The translations under genes were made by a program, and so were the position numbers. Under the pieces are notes generated by a model. The model worked only from the letters and a program-made list of their open reading frames with translations, made no database searches and was not told the DNA's origin. From the IMG/VR virus record IMGVR_UViG_3300023202_000034, positions 8,965-72,964 of that record: a DNA stretch of 64,000 nt. One strand, written 5' to 3'. The stretch comes from a virus. This document shows positions 56,663 through 64,000 of the stretch, one piece after another (positions within the stretch are counted from its first letter, which is position 1; each line of letters opens with the position of its first letter).

Positions 56663-57066
56663 CAGAACTGTCCCATAAGAAAGGTCACTTCATTATCGAA
56701 GGCGTAATAGAACGGTTGATCAGCCATCCAGGTATGTCCGGGTTCCAGGCGAATCATGTAACGGTAGGGCACAGAGGGGCCTGGTTTGGTGGTAGAGGTG
56801 GTGACACCGTTACGGTGCAACAACTCATAACCCACAACTTCACCTTTACCGTGCGGTGTACTTACCTGGTATCCGATACTGATCACAGAGTTAAAGTGTG
56901 CGATCAACCGTTCTTCACGTTGTTCATCGAACTTGGCATCCGCCAGATCGTAGTCTTCATCGTTGGGTACCAATCGTCCCATGGTTTGCTCCTTCTTGGG
57001 TAAACCCCATCGAGGGGCATTCCATAAATTGATGGGAGGGAATTTAAGGTCAGCCCACTTGATCAT
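56662..57066 (-). CDS. Hypothetical protein
   Basis: ORF in the minus-strand operon; start may be the internal MGRL. Confidence 0.55.
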   Translation of the reverse strand: MIKWADLKFPPINLWNAPRWGLPKKEQTMGRLVPNDEDYDLADAKFDEQREERLIAHFNSVISIGYQVSTPHGKGEVVGYELLHRNGVTTSTTKPGPSVPYRYMIRLEPGHTWMADQPFYYAFDNEVTFLMGQF

Positions 57067-57442
57067 GCTGGTTCTCGTCGGCTTGTTGTCTCAGGCGTTG
57101 TGCTCTTGTGATGATCAAGCCAAGATGAGGTCCATCAAGATGGGGGTACTCGTTATGCACCCACTCTATCGCTGCATCCACCGCCTCGGCCTGCTTTCGG
57201 AGGATTGCAGCGCAGAATACCTGCGAAGGCTTGCCGGGGATGCTTCTGGCTCGCTCGTTGTCGATTCCCAAGAAGTCTGCAACTTTCACGAAGGTTTCCC
57301 ATAGGGACTCGTTCTCGGCTGTTATCCGAGTGCCATAATTCTTGGCGGACTCGTGTAGATCCTTCTGAATCTTGAGGCTTGCCTCAAGATGTTCGTTCTC
57401 AGCTCGGGCACAGGCACTGGGCCATACAAATTCAGTGTTCAT
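57050..57442 (-). CDS. Hypothetical protein
   Basis: 130 aa, GAGG RBS, overlaps neighbours. Confidence 0.6.
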   Translation of the reverse strand: MNTEFVWPSACARAENEHLEASLKIQKDLHESAKNYGTRITAENESLWETFVKVADFLGIDNERARSIPGKPSQVFCAAILRKQAEAVDAAIEWVHNEYPHLDGPHLGLIITRAQRLRQQADENQHDQVG

Positions 57443-57633
57443 GGTGTTCCCTCGTAATTCAAAGTCTGCCGTCCATCCGCATCACGGCCTGTTAATTGAT
57501 ACACCGGCAACGAGATGGATACCTCGGTTACTGGTTTAGGTTTCGGTAGCTCCACCAGGTACCCGATAAAGCAGGCAGCCATCAGCAACGGAATGAAGCC
57601 AGAACAAGTCTGGCTGTGATACCCAGGGCTCAT
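57439..57633 (-). CDS. Small membrane protein
   Basis: One hydrophobic segment. Confidence 0.5.
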   Translation of the reverse strand: MSPGYHSQTCSGFIPLLMAACFIGYLVELPKPKPVTEVSISLPVYQLTGRDADGRQTLNYEGTP

Positions 57634-57666
57634 GCTGCTTTGGATTTATTGGCTTCGGTTTTCCAC

Positions 57667-58146
57667 TTACACCCTGGCCCGGCGTTGACCGTTGGGTAGG
57701 ATCAAAGACTCTTCCACTGGCCAGCCCCGGTTAACACGGCATTGGAACGATGCTCGGGTAAGAGAGTGATGACCAAACTTCTTGATCAAATCCACTGCAG
57801 TACCGGAGACACCAAAGGCGGTGTAGATCTTATTCGGGGGAGTGTAGAACGCAGGACTTCCCTCCATGGCGTCAGCACGGAGTTCTCGATACTTGAATCC
57901 TTGCTTACCCTGGAAAGGAAATGTCACGCCACGAGCTCGACAGGCGGAATACAGGGCAGATCTCTTGACACCAAATTGATCCGCTGCATCTTTCCAGCGA
58001 TACCCGTTCTCAGCGTAGTACTGAATAATGTCTTTCCAGTACAAGCCCGTCTCTTTCATAACAGCATGAAACCGGTCACGAATACTGCCAGAGAGTTCTT
58101 CTGGTTTAATGAGGGAGAGTTGATTCTGAAACTGTTGAGGGGTCAT
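57667..58146 (-). CDS. HTH DNA-binding protein
   Basis: WKDAADQFGVKRSALYSAC; C-terminal RVNRGWPVEESL resembles endonuclease-associated DNA-binding repeats; start uncertain. Confidence 0.55.
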   Translation of the reverse strand: MTPQQFQNQLSLIKPEELSGSIRDRFHAVMKETGLYWKDIIQYYAENGYRWKDAADQFGVKRSALYSACRARGVTFPFQGKQGFKYRELRADAMEGSPAFYTPPNKIYTAFGVSGTAVDLIKKFGHHSLTRASFQCRVNRGWPVEESLILPNGQRRARV

Positions 58147-58333
58147 GGGCAATAGTGCTGCGTTGATCGTGGATGTGAACAGTGGGTGGCTTAACTGCAC
58201 GTCGAAGTTTGGCCCTGGCACTGAGGTAATCGTGGTTTTCCCAGTCAACAGCAGAGCAGGCTTCCAAGAGTTCGTGAATTTCTGCGTGACTTAACGCCAC
58301 GGTGGTAATGGTTTCAGGGTTGATCTTTGCCAT
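58106..58333 (-). CDS. Hypothetical protein
   Basis: 75-aa ORF following 58339. Confidence 0.45.
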   Translation of the reverse strand: MAKINPETITTVALSHAEIHELLEACSAVDWENHDYLSARAKLRRAVKPPTVHIHDQRSTIAHDPSTVSESTLPH

Positions 58334-58338
58334 GGTAT

Positions 58339-58596
58339 CTATCTCAGGGTAACGCCCAACAATAGGGCATGGGTGAGTAATTCAGGACGCAAGAACGAGT
58401 GCTCTTTTTGTGGAATCTCACAGAACATCTGTGATTTTCCATTGTAGAACGGCTCCAGTTCAAACAAGGTACCTCGGACGGTGTCCAGGCATTGGGTGCC
58501 GAGAGGAAACAGATTGTCACAGAGGTAGGGAGCGTATTCGGAAGCTATAGGCTCAGGGCTGTCTGGTTTGTAGTACCAATACCGGGGCTCAGTCAT
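58339..58596 (-). CDS. Hypothetical protein (MTEPRYW...)
   Basis: Internal ATG with AAGGA RBS. Confidence 0.55.
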   Translation of the reverse strand: MTEPRYWYYKPDSPEPIASEYAPYLCDNLFPLGTQCLDTVRGTLFELEPFYNGKSQMFCEIPQKEHSFLRPELLTHALLLGVTLR

Positions 58597-58777
58597 GGGT
58601 ACGTCCTTGGTTCTTTTGATAGGAAGACGCCAGACAGTCCCGTACAAACTCTTGATGCATGAGACGGTGGTGCTCCCAGGCGTACTCTTCGCGCTCTGGA
58701 GAACCTTTAGGGTAGGGGTTTTCATCTGACGAAAGTCCATTACGCCAGTCTTCCCTGGCTTGTGCAATAGGAGTCAT
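58589..58777 (-). CDS. Hypothetical protein (MTPIAQAR...)
   Basis: GGAG RBS; ENPYPKGSPERE motif. Confidence 0.55.
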   Translation of the reverse strand: MTPIAQAREDWRNGLSSDENPYPKGSPEREEYAWEHHRLMHQEFVRDCLASSYQKNQGRTHD

Positions 58778-58843
58778 GGCAAATCTCCAAAATAAGGGTG
58801 GGGCCCCGGCCCATGGCAAAACCAGAGCCCCGAAACTGAAAGG

Positions 58844-59167
58844 TTATTGCTTACGGCGATCAAACAAAGGGAAGTATTTGCAGAGGTTAGCTTCTACTTC
58901 TTGTAATGCACGTCCACCGATGTGGGCTGCAACAGCAATGGCTACCGGTAAGGTAAACCATTTAGGTACATCGTCCACAATGTATGGATAGGTCGAGAAC
59001 ATAAGGTAGCCACAAAGAATGGCTGTCATGAACTCAGAGACTACCCATAACAGGGATGCTTGTTGTCCGTTTAACACTCTGCGACTGATGGAAACAATGC
59101 CACTAATGGTACTGACAATGAGTGCACCTAAGAGGTCCCAGAAATCCGGAGGAATAGTTTTCGGCAT
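58844..59167 (-). CDS. Holin-like membrane protein (LydA-type)
   Basis: Three TM segments; SEFMTAILCGYL, AAHIGGR. Confidence 0.65.
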   Translation of the reverse strand: MPKTIPPDFWDLLGALIVSTISGIVSISRRVLNGQQASLLWVVSEFMTAILCGYLMFSTYPYIVDDVPKWFTLPVAIAVAAHIGGRALQEVEANLCKYFPLFDRRKQ

Positions 59168-59234
59168 AGTCGCTCCAAGTACAGCATAAGATTGTCCACA
59201 TTGTAATGCAGCGACATCTACACTGCTTAATTAT

Positions 59235-59456
59235 TTACAGAAACTTGGGACGATTATACTTTTGCATATTGGCTTTGATTATCCGATCCAGTTTACCTGC
59301 AATCGTAGTAGCCAATACTCGTGAAGTAGTAAAGCGATTACCAGGAAGAGCATATTTATAACCCTTACTTGTTCTAACTGCTATTACTTCACCATACCCA
59401 ACAATAACGTTATGGGTAAGTTCAATACTTTGTTTCTGAGGGATTGCAACAGTCAT
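59235..59456 (-). CDS. Hypothetical protein
   Basis: 73 aa, VIVGYGEV..YALPGN. Confidence 0.55.
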   Translation of the reverse strand: MTVAIPQKQSIELTHNVIVGYGEVIAVRTSKGYKYALPGNRFTTSRVLATTIAGKLDRIIKANMQKYNRPKFL

Positions 59457-59584
59457 AAAGATATTATCCAGTTAATTAAATTTGACTGGATAATATACAA
59501 CGAGAAAGATTTATAAAAGAGGTTTATAAATCTTTTTCAAGTTTACTTATTGCAGCAGCCACTTCTACTTCATACTGTTTTAAT

Positions 59585-60037
59585 TCAGCCAGTACTTGTT
59601 GAAGCCGCTGCTGTTCCTGCTGCAGGTTCTTCAGAGTCATTTGTGAGGGACAAAGTGACACGTCGGACACCTTCGGCGTTCTCTTTTGTGAGAGTAACGG
59701 TAACAGTGCTTCCGTCAGCCACAATATCATCCCCACTTTCGAGGTCGGAGAAACAACGAGCGATGAGACGATCAAAGCCGTCTTCATAAGCCTCTTCGGT
59801 AGACTGCTGGGCAGCGTCGATTTTGGCATTGATACGCGCAAAGTGGTCACCAATCTGTTCCAGTTCTTTGGCCAGGATTCGGTCTGCAGTGAACAGGTGA
59901 TTCATAGCTTCGCCAATCTCAAGTTGGGGATAGCGAGCAGAAGCAGTGTCCATGAGTTCAAACAGGTCACGGTTTTTCTTCTGGATGCCTTTTACGACTT
60001 CGGAAACTTCTTTAAGGTGTTGCAATTGTTCAATCAA
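59585..60037 (-). CDS. Hypothetical protein
   Basis: 150 aa, coupled to the upstream HTH gene. Confidence 0.6.
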   Translation of the reverse strand: MIEQLQHLKEVSEVVKGIQKKNRDLFELMDTASARYPQLEIGEAMNHLFTADRILAKELEQIGDHFARINAKIDAAQQSTEEAYEDGFDRLIARCFSDLESGDDIVADGSTVTVTLTKENAEGVRRVTLSLTNDSEEPAAGTAAASTSTG

Positions 60038-60243
60038 AGTAACGGTTCCAGTTGTTCAGCAGTTGGGTTAAACCCACAGTAGTAGGCGAGCTTAATGAAC
60101 ACCCGCAGGGATGGCCTGCCCGGAGGACAGGTCCGCCACTTCCAGATAGTGGAGGGTGATATTTCTGTGGATTCAACAATGTCTGAAAAGCAGTCAGACT
60201 TCAGGCGTGCATGGACCGCCAAAATCAGGTCACTTAAGGTCAT
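60034..60243 (-). CDS. Cro/XRE-like HTH regulator
   Basis: FSDIVESTEISPSTIWKW..PSLRVFIKLA. Confidence 0.65.
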   Translation of the reverse strand: MTLSDLILAVHARLKSDCFSDIVESTEISPSTIWKWRTCPPGRPSLRVFIKLAYYCGFNPTAEQLEPLL

Positions 60244-60305
60244 GGAGATCCTCTTGAAAAGAAACGGGATCAGGGGTACGGAGTACCCCTAATCAGGTGA
60301 AGCTA

Positions 60306-61082
60306 TCAGGCAATACCCAAACGTTCGTTCAGTCGGCTACGGGCAATGGCCGGCAGCTGAATCACACGCTCAGGGTCTGCCAGGTGAGCAGGCAGGTAGT
60401 CGACCAATTCCGGCCAGGCATCACGAATCTGCTTGGTGGTGTTGAACTGGTTCAGATAATCCACAATTTCACTACGTACCTTGGCTTTTTCTTCTTCCCA
60501 CAGACGTTGTGCACGCTGTGCCTTGGAATACTCAACGTAGTCCTTGTCATCTCGGGGAATGGTGAGGGTGTGGTTGAAACCACTGCCCGGGAACTCGGCC
60601 ATTTCAATGTACTTGGCTTGGTCTCGTGCACGTACACCCACCGTTACCAGGTTTTCCCAGGTCTCGATGTTGTAGTAGGTATCGGATTTGCCGGTGTACG
60701 GGATACCCAGCTTGTTTGCAATCTCTACTGGAAGATCAAAGGACATTGTCGCGCCTTTGTCACCGTTCTCCAGCACAACCTGGAGGTTAAAGGAGCCGGC
60801 AGAGCGAACGTGAATCAGTGCACGGTTATCGTCCGTCAAGTGCTCCAGTGCGGTATTCACCGACTTGGTTCGTTCGATCAGATGCTTGAAGGCTTTCTGC
60901 TCGGCCGGTGCGTTCTTGCGAACTTTCATCAGACGCGGCAGCAGGGCCATGATGAATTCGGCAAAGGTACCATTGGCTGGTGCAGGGTTGGCTTCTTCCC
61001 ATTGCTTCATGACTGCGTTGGCAATGTCAGAGCGGTGAGCTTGGGTCAGACGGAGTGATCGGGGTTCTTTGGTTTGGGTCAT
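60306..61082 (-). CDS. Nmad5-like protein
   Basis: RLTQAHRSDIAN..YLNQFNTTKQIRDAWPELVDYLP. Confidence 0.65.
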   Translation of the reverse strand: MTQTKEPRSLRLTQAHRSDIANAVMKQWEEANPAPANGTFAEFIMALLPRLMKVRKNAPAEQKAFKHLIERTKSVNTALEHLTDDNRALIHVRSAGSFNLQVVLENGDKGATMSFDLPVEIANKLGIPYTGKSDTYYNIETWENLVTVGVRARDQAKYIEMAEFPGSGFNHTLTIPRDDKDYVEYSKAQRAQRLWEEEKAKVRSEIVDYLNQFNTTKQIRDAWPELVDYLPAHLADPERVIQLPAIARSRLNERLGIA

Positions 61083-61084
61083 GG

Positions 61085-61327
61085 TTAGTGCCTTGTAGAA
61101 AGGTATTCGCGTTTGATACGAGACGCATCAGTTGCAGTGAGTTTTTGCTCAAGCCAGGGAGCGGGATACCCCTTACGGTCAAGAACAGTGAATTCAAATT
61201 CTTCAGGTTCAGGTGGTTCAGCATCCCCAAAGCCAGAGCCAGTCACTCGCATGGGTCGGTCTTCGGAGTAGTACGTGACTTCGATCTGGCAGGGGATACC
61301 GGCCACCCGGGATTCAAACGTATCCAT
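61085..61327 (-). CDS. Conserved hypothetical phage protein
   Basis: RVAGIPCQIEV..VLDRKGYPAPWLEQKLT. Confidence 0.7.
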   Translation of the reverse strand: MDTFESRVAGIPCQIEVTYYSEDRPMRVTGSGFGDAEPPEPEEFEFTVLDRKGYPAPWLEQKLTATDASRIKREYLSTRH

Positions 61328-61348
61328 AGGTGACCTTCTTGGTTTGGT

Positions 61349-61855
61349 TTACGAAAGCGCGGGGAGGCCGGAGGCCTCCTGTAAATAAATGAGTTTGTCC
61401 TTGCGGCACACGTAATTGCCGGTGCGTTTAAGAAGATCTACTCCGGTCATATCGTCGTGATCTTCCTCGTAGAAGATTCCGGCCAGTCCCAAGCCGTGAA
61501 TAGCTTTAGCACATTCAAAGCAGGGTGCTCGGGAGACAAACAGGATAGAGCCCTGAGTAGACACACCTTCTCGCGTCATCTTGTCGATGGCATTGCGTTC
61601 TGCGTGTATAACTTCTGGATTGGTTTTAGGCCTCTGTTGTGTCACACCAGGAGATACTTCGTCCCACACAAGAGTGGACTCACAGCAGTTGTCCATACCG
61701 CTGGGCATGCCGTTGAAACCGATAGACAACATTCCAGATGCTGTGACCACAACCGCGCCTACTTTATGACGTGTAGCTACGCTTTGGTTTGCGGCCGCCT
61801 CTACAACCTGCCAGTACATCGGAAAATACTTCGGCTTATGCGGATTAATGGCCAT
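61349..61855 (-). CDS. dCMP deaminase
   Basis: KVGAVVV..GFNG..HAERNA..PCFEC. Confidence 0.9.
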   Translation of the reverse strand: MAINPHKPKYFPMYWQVVEAAANQSVATRHKVGAVVVTASGMLSIGFNGMPSGMDNCCESTLVWDEVSPGVTQQRPKTNPEVIHAERNAIDKMTREGVSTQGSILFVSRAPCFECAKAIHGLGLAGIFYEEDHDDMTGVDLLKRTGNYVCRKDKLIYLQEASGLPALS

Positions 61856-61945
61856 GACGGGAAGTGAACTTCAACTGTGGGTTTGACTGAATGAATGCTT
61901 GTCGAGCTTTATACGCTTCCGGTTGCGAGAATATGGTGTAGTTAC

Positions 61946-62779
61946 TCATGCTGCTTCCTTTTCTTCAGTTAGCTTGGTCAGGTGGGTTTTACACTCCTGC
62001 ATGATGTCTGTTTGAGTGCAGTTGTTCTTCAGTCCCATGGGGTGTGCCCAGTCCGGGTAGAAGATATCCAGCTCAGCTCCGATTTTTACCGTGTCATGTT
62101 GGATTTCTGGCAGCTCTTGCCATTGCATGGATTTGATCAGCTCCTGGTTTACCCACTCAACAATGTCCAGCTTGTTTCGGATCAGCAGGTAGATTGCATC
62201 GTGGATCATGGCCACGGGTTTGATATCCAGTTTGTAGGGCGAGGCCCAGACCTTTTCCATGAATTCGTTCAATGCTCGGTTGGTCAGCAAGCCATAAGAC
62301 TGTCCCAAAGCGTTACCCGCGGTACGCCCTTCAGCTTTCGCCTCATAGGGCGTACTTCGATGATTGCGCAAGGTAGAAGATAACAGTGGGGTTCTGACAC
62401 GCAGCCCAAAGGCTACAGTCACATACCCGTCAATGGCAGCTTGATCCAGCTTGGCTTGTACCCATTCATCACTCACCTTGTAAAGTTCGTGATAGTTGGT
62501 TTCAATACGTTCCGCCTCATCTTCCGGGAAACCCAGGTTGTTCATCAGAGTGAACTTGGTGCCCTGATAGGTCAGAGCAAACGTCGGGTTCTTTGAGCGG
62601 CTACGAATTGGGTCCAGGTCTGGGTCCTTCTTCATGGCGTGACTCAGTTCCGGGGTGATTTCCTCGTAAGGAAATAACTCAGGCCAGTAACTGAAAGCCC
62701 GCAAACCATGACCATCGAAGCCCGGAGTGTTCGGAAGCTGATCAATGTTGACGTTGTCTTCAGAGTTGATTTTGAGCAT
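61946..62779 (-). CDS. DNA polymerase (family A), C-terminal chain
   Basis: FDGHGLRA, motif B RSRSKNPTFALTYQG, motif C IHDAIY; own GGAG RBS. Confidence 0.9.
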   Translation of the reverse strand: MLKINSEDNVNIDQLPNTPGFDGHGLRAFSYWPELFPYEEITPELSHAMKKDPDLDPIRSRSKNPTFALTYQGTKFTLMNNLGFPEDEAERIETNYHELYKVSDEWVQAKLDQAAIDGYVTVAFGLRVRTPLLSSTLRNHRSTPYEAKAEGRTAGNALGQSYGLLTNRALNEFMEKVWASPYKLDIKPVAMIHDAIYLLIRNKLDIVEWVNQELIKSMQWQELPEIQHDTVKIGAELDIFYPDWAHPMGLKNNCTQTDIMQECKTHLTKLTEEKEAA

Positions 62780-63299
62780 TGATCTTCTCCAAATTGCTTA
62801 ATGCAGTCCTGCGACGTTTCCGACTCACCTCTGCCTTCCACTCATCGGAGAGTCCGTCCTTTTCAGCTTGGATTCGTAACATACGGTTCAAGGTGTTTGG
62901 GTGGTTCCCTACTTCAGTGGCTAAATCTGACACAAGTTCTCCGTCTAAAGCGCGCCTCAACATAGCCCTCTTCACATCGACATGGACAAACCCTTTACGT
63001 AGACCAGATTCCAATGCGTGTTGGGCAGTGTGTTCAGCCGTACACCACTCAAGATTGCTCCAATGGTTGTGGAGCTTATTCCCATCTTTGTGGTTCACCT
63101 GAGGGTGGTTATAGGGATTTGGGAGGAAATGAGTAGCGACCAGGCGGTGAACACTGCACTGGTCACCGTCTAATGTGACGATCAAGTAACCGTTATTGTT
63201 TTTCCGTGGGAGTAACTCCCTGTCCGTGTAACCGGAGTGGATGCTTCCATCCTCAGCTACTCGGTACATCTCGTGGTGTGCGATGGGTAAGTTTTTCAT
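62760..63299 (-). CDS. HNH homing endonuclease splitting the DNA polymerase gene
   Basis: VHRLVATHFLPNP..VNHKDGNKLHNHWSNLEW; C-terminal HTH; AGGAG RBS before ATG 63299. Confidence 0.9.
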   Translation of the reverse strand: MKNLPIAHHEMYRVAEDGSIHSGYTDRELLPRKNNNGYLIVTLDGDQCSVHRLVATHFLPNPYNHPQVNHKDGNKLHNHWSNLEWCTAEHTAQHALESGLRKGFVHVDVKRAMLRRALDGELVSDLATEVGNHPNTLNRMLRIQAEKDGLSDEWKAEVSRKRRRTALSNLEKINAQNQL

Positions 63300-63999
63300 A
63301 AAGGACATCTCCTGTTATTTGCTCACCATCATATTCTACAATAGTGTCACCTAAGATTGTTTGGGTTTTTCCGTTAATGGTTACTTCGTACTGCCGATCC
63401 CCTGAGTACACTCTGAGCTTATTGGGGTCTTTGGTGGTGAGCGCACTGATGTAGTCTTCCAATGAGTTGAAATCCGCACCGGCAAACAGCCATCCGTCTG
63501 GCGCCTGAAAGCAGTACTTGATCAGCTTGCCGTAGGTGGAGCCGGCTGGCATGTTCTGCAGGTTTGGATTGGAACTACTCAAACGACCAGAGACAGTGCC
63601 TCCCAGATTGAATGAACCGTGCAGGTAAACAACACCATCACCTTTGTCGATGGCTTGCTCAAATGCCGGGATAAACGTTGAGAGAATCTTCTCGGCTTTT
63701 GCCCAGGCACAAAGTGCTGAGAGTACATCTATGTAGTCCTGGTTTTTGGTGTGGTTTAACAACTTCTTGATGGTTTTACCACCCGTCGCTGGTTGCTTGG
63801 TGTCCGTGAGATCGATGACCGGTAGCTGCATGTCTTCATACAGCAGTTTCTGCAGTTGGGGCCCTGAGTTGGGGTTGAACACCATACGTTTATTTACACG
63901 GTATTCATTCCAATCTTTGGGCAGAATCTTGTCCGGATTCTTGGCTTTACCTTTGCGGTCAGCGTAGTCTTTCTTCCAAGCCAGTAGAGTTAATCGGTC
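63253..63999 (-). CDS. DNA polymerase (family A), N-terminal chain; continues beyond the window
   Basis: FNPNSGPQL, GTVSGRLSSSNPNLQN, motif A GADFNSLE; frame open to the window edge. Confidence 0.92.
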   Translation of the reverse strand, partial: DRLTLLAWKKDYADRKGKAKNPDKILPKDWNEYRVNKRMVFNPNSGPQLQKLLYEDMQLPVIDLTDTKQPATGGKTIKKLLNHTKNQDYIDVLSALCAWAKAEKILSTFIPAFEQAIDKGDGVVYLHGSFNLGGTVSGRLSSSNPNLQNMPAGSTYGKLIKYCFQAPDGWLFAGADFNSLEDYISALTTKDPNKLRVYSGDRQYEVTINGKTQTILGDTIVEYDGEQITGDVLYEKLTHRTPRDVPSS

Positions 64000-64000
64000 T

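Noticed and set aside
60306-61855. DNA hypermodification system suggested by Nmad5, dCMP deaminase and MazG
   Set aside because: No modifying transferases or kinases are recognisable; these genes fit ordinary nucleotide supply.
62723-63405. Group I intron or functional split intein in the DNA polymerase
   Set aside because: No P7 core sequences found, no Cys/Ser1 with block B, no terminal HN; the downstream part has its own RBS.

Overview
The window is most of an N4-like (Schitoviridae-type) phage genome, read across its normal genome-end junction (about 6.8-7.0 kb). From left to right it holds: minus-strand early genes with the two-subunit RNA polymerase II; a plus-strand packaging and virion block (terminase, portal, capsid, ejection proteins, 3633-aa virion RNA polymerase); a minus-strand replication and nucleotide-metabolism block; a tail and lysis module; a tyrosine integrase with an intact attP-like site and an excisionase (suggesting a temperate N4-like phage); and a family-A DNA polymerase. 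Selfish elements are abundant: two group I introns (RNAP II subunit, thyX), two inteins (TerL, NrdJ), one GIY-YIG-like gene and three free-standing HNH genes. The most striking pattern is that all three free-standing HNH genes sit inside essential genes without any splicing element. Each carries an RBS and start codon in its own 3' end that restarts the broken host gene. In thyX and the resolvase this comes with a synonymously recoded duplicate of the host N-terminus; in the DNA polymerase it gives a two-chain enzyme with added tail and head peptides. Five hairpin motifs in the early region look like a divergent class of virion-RNAP promoter. All assignments come from reading motifs and synteny; no searches were run.
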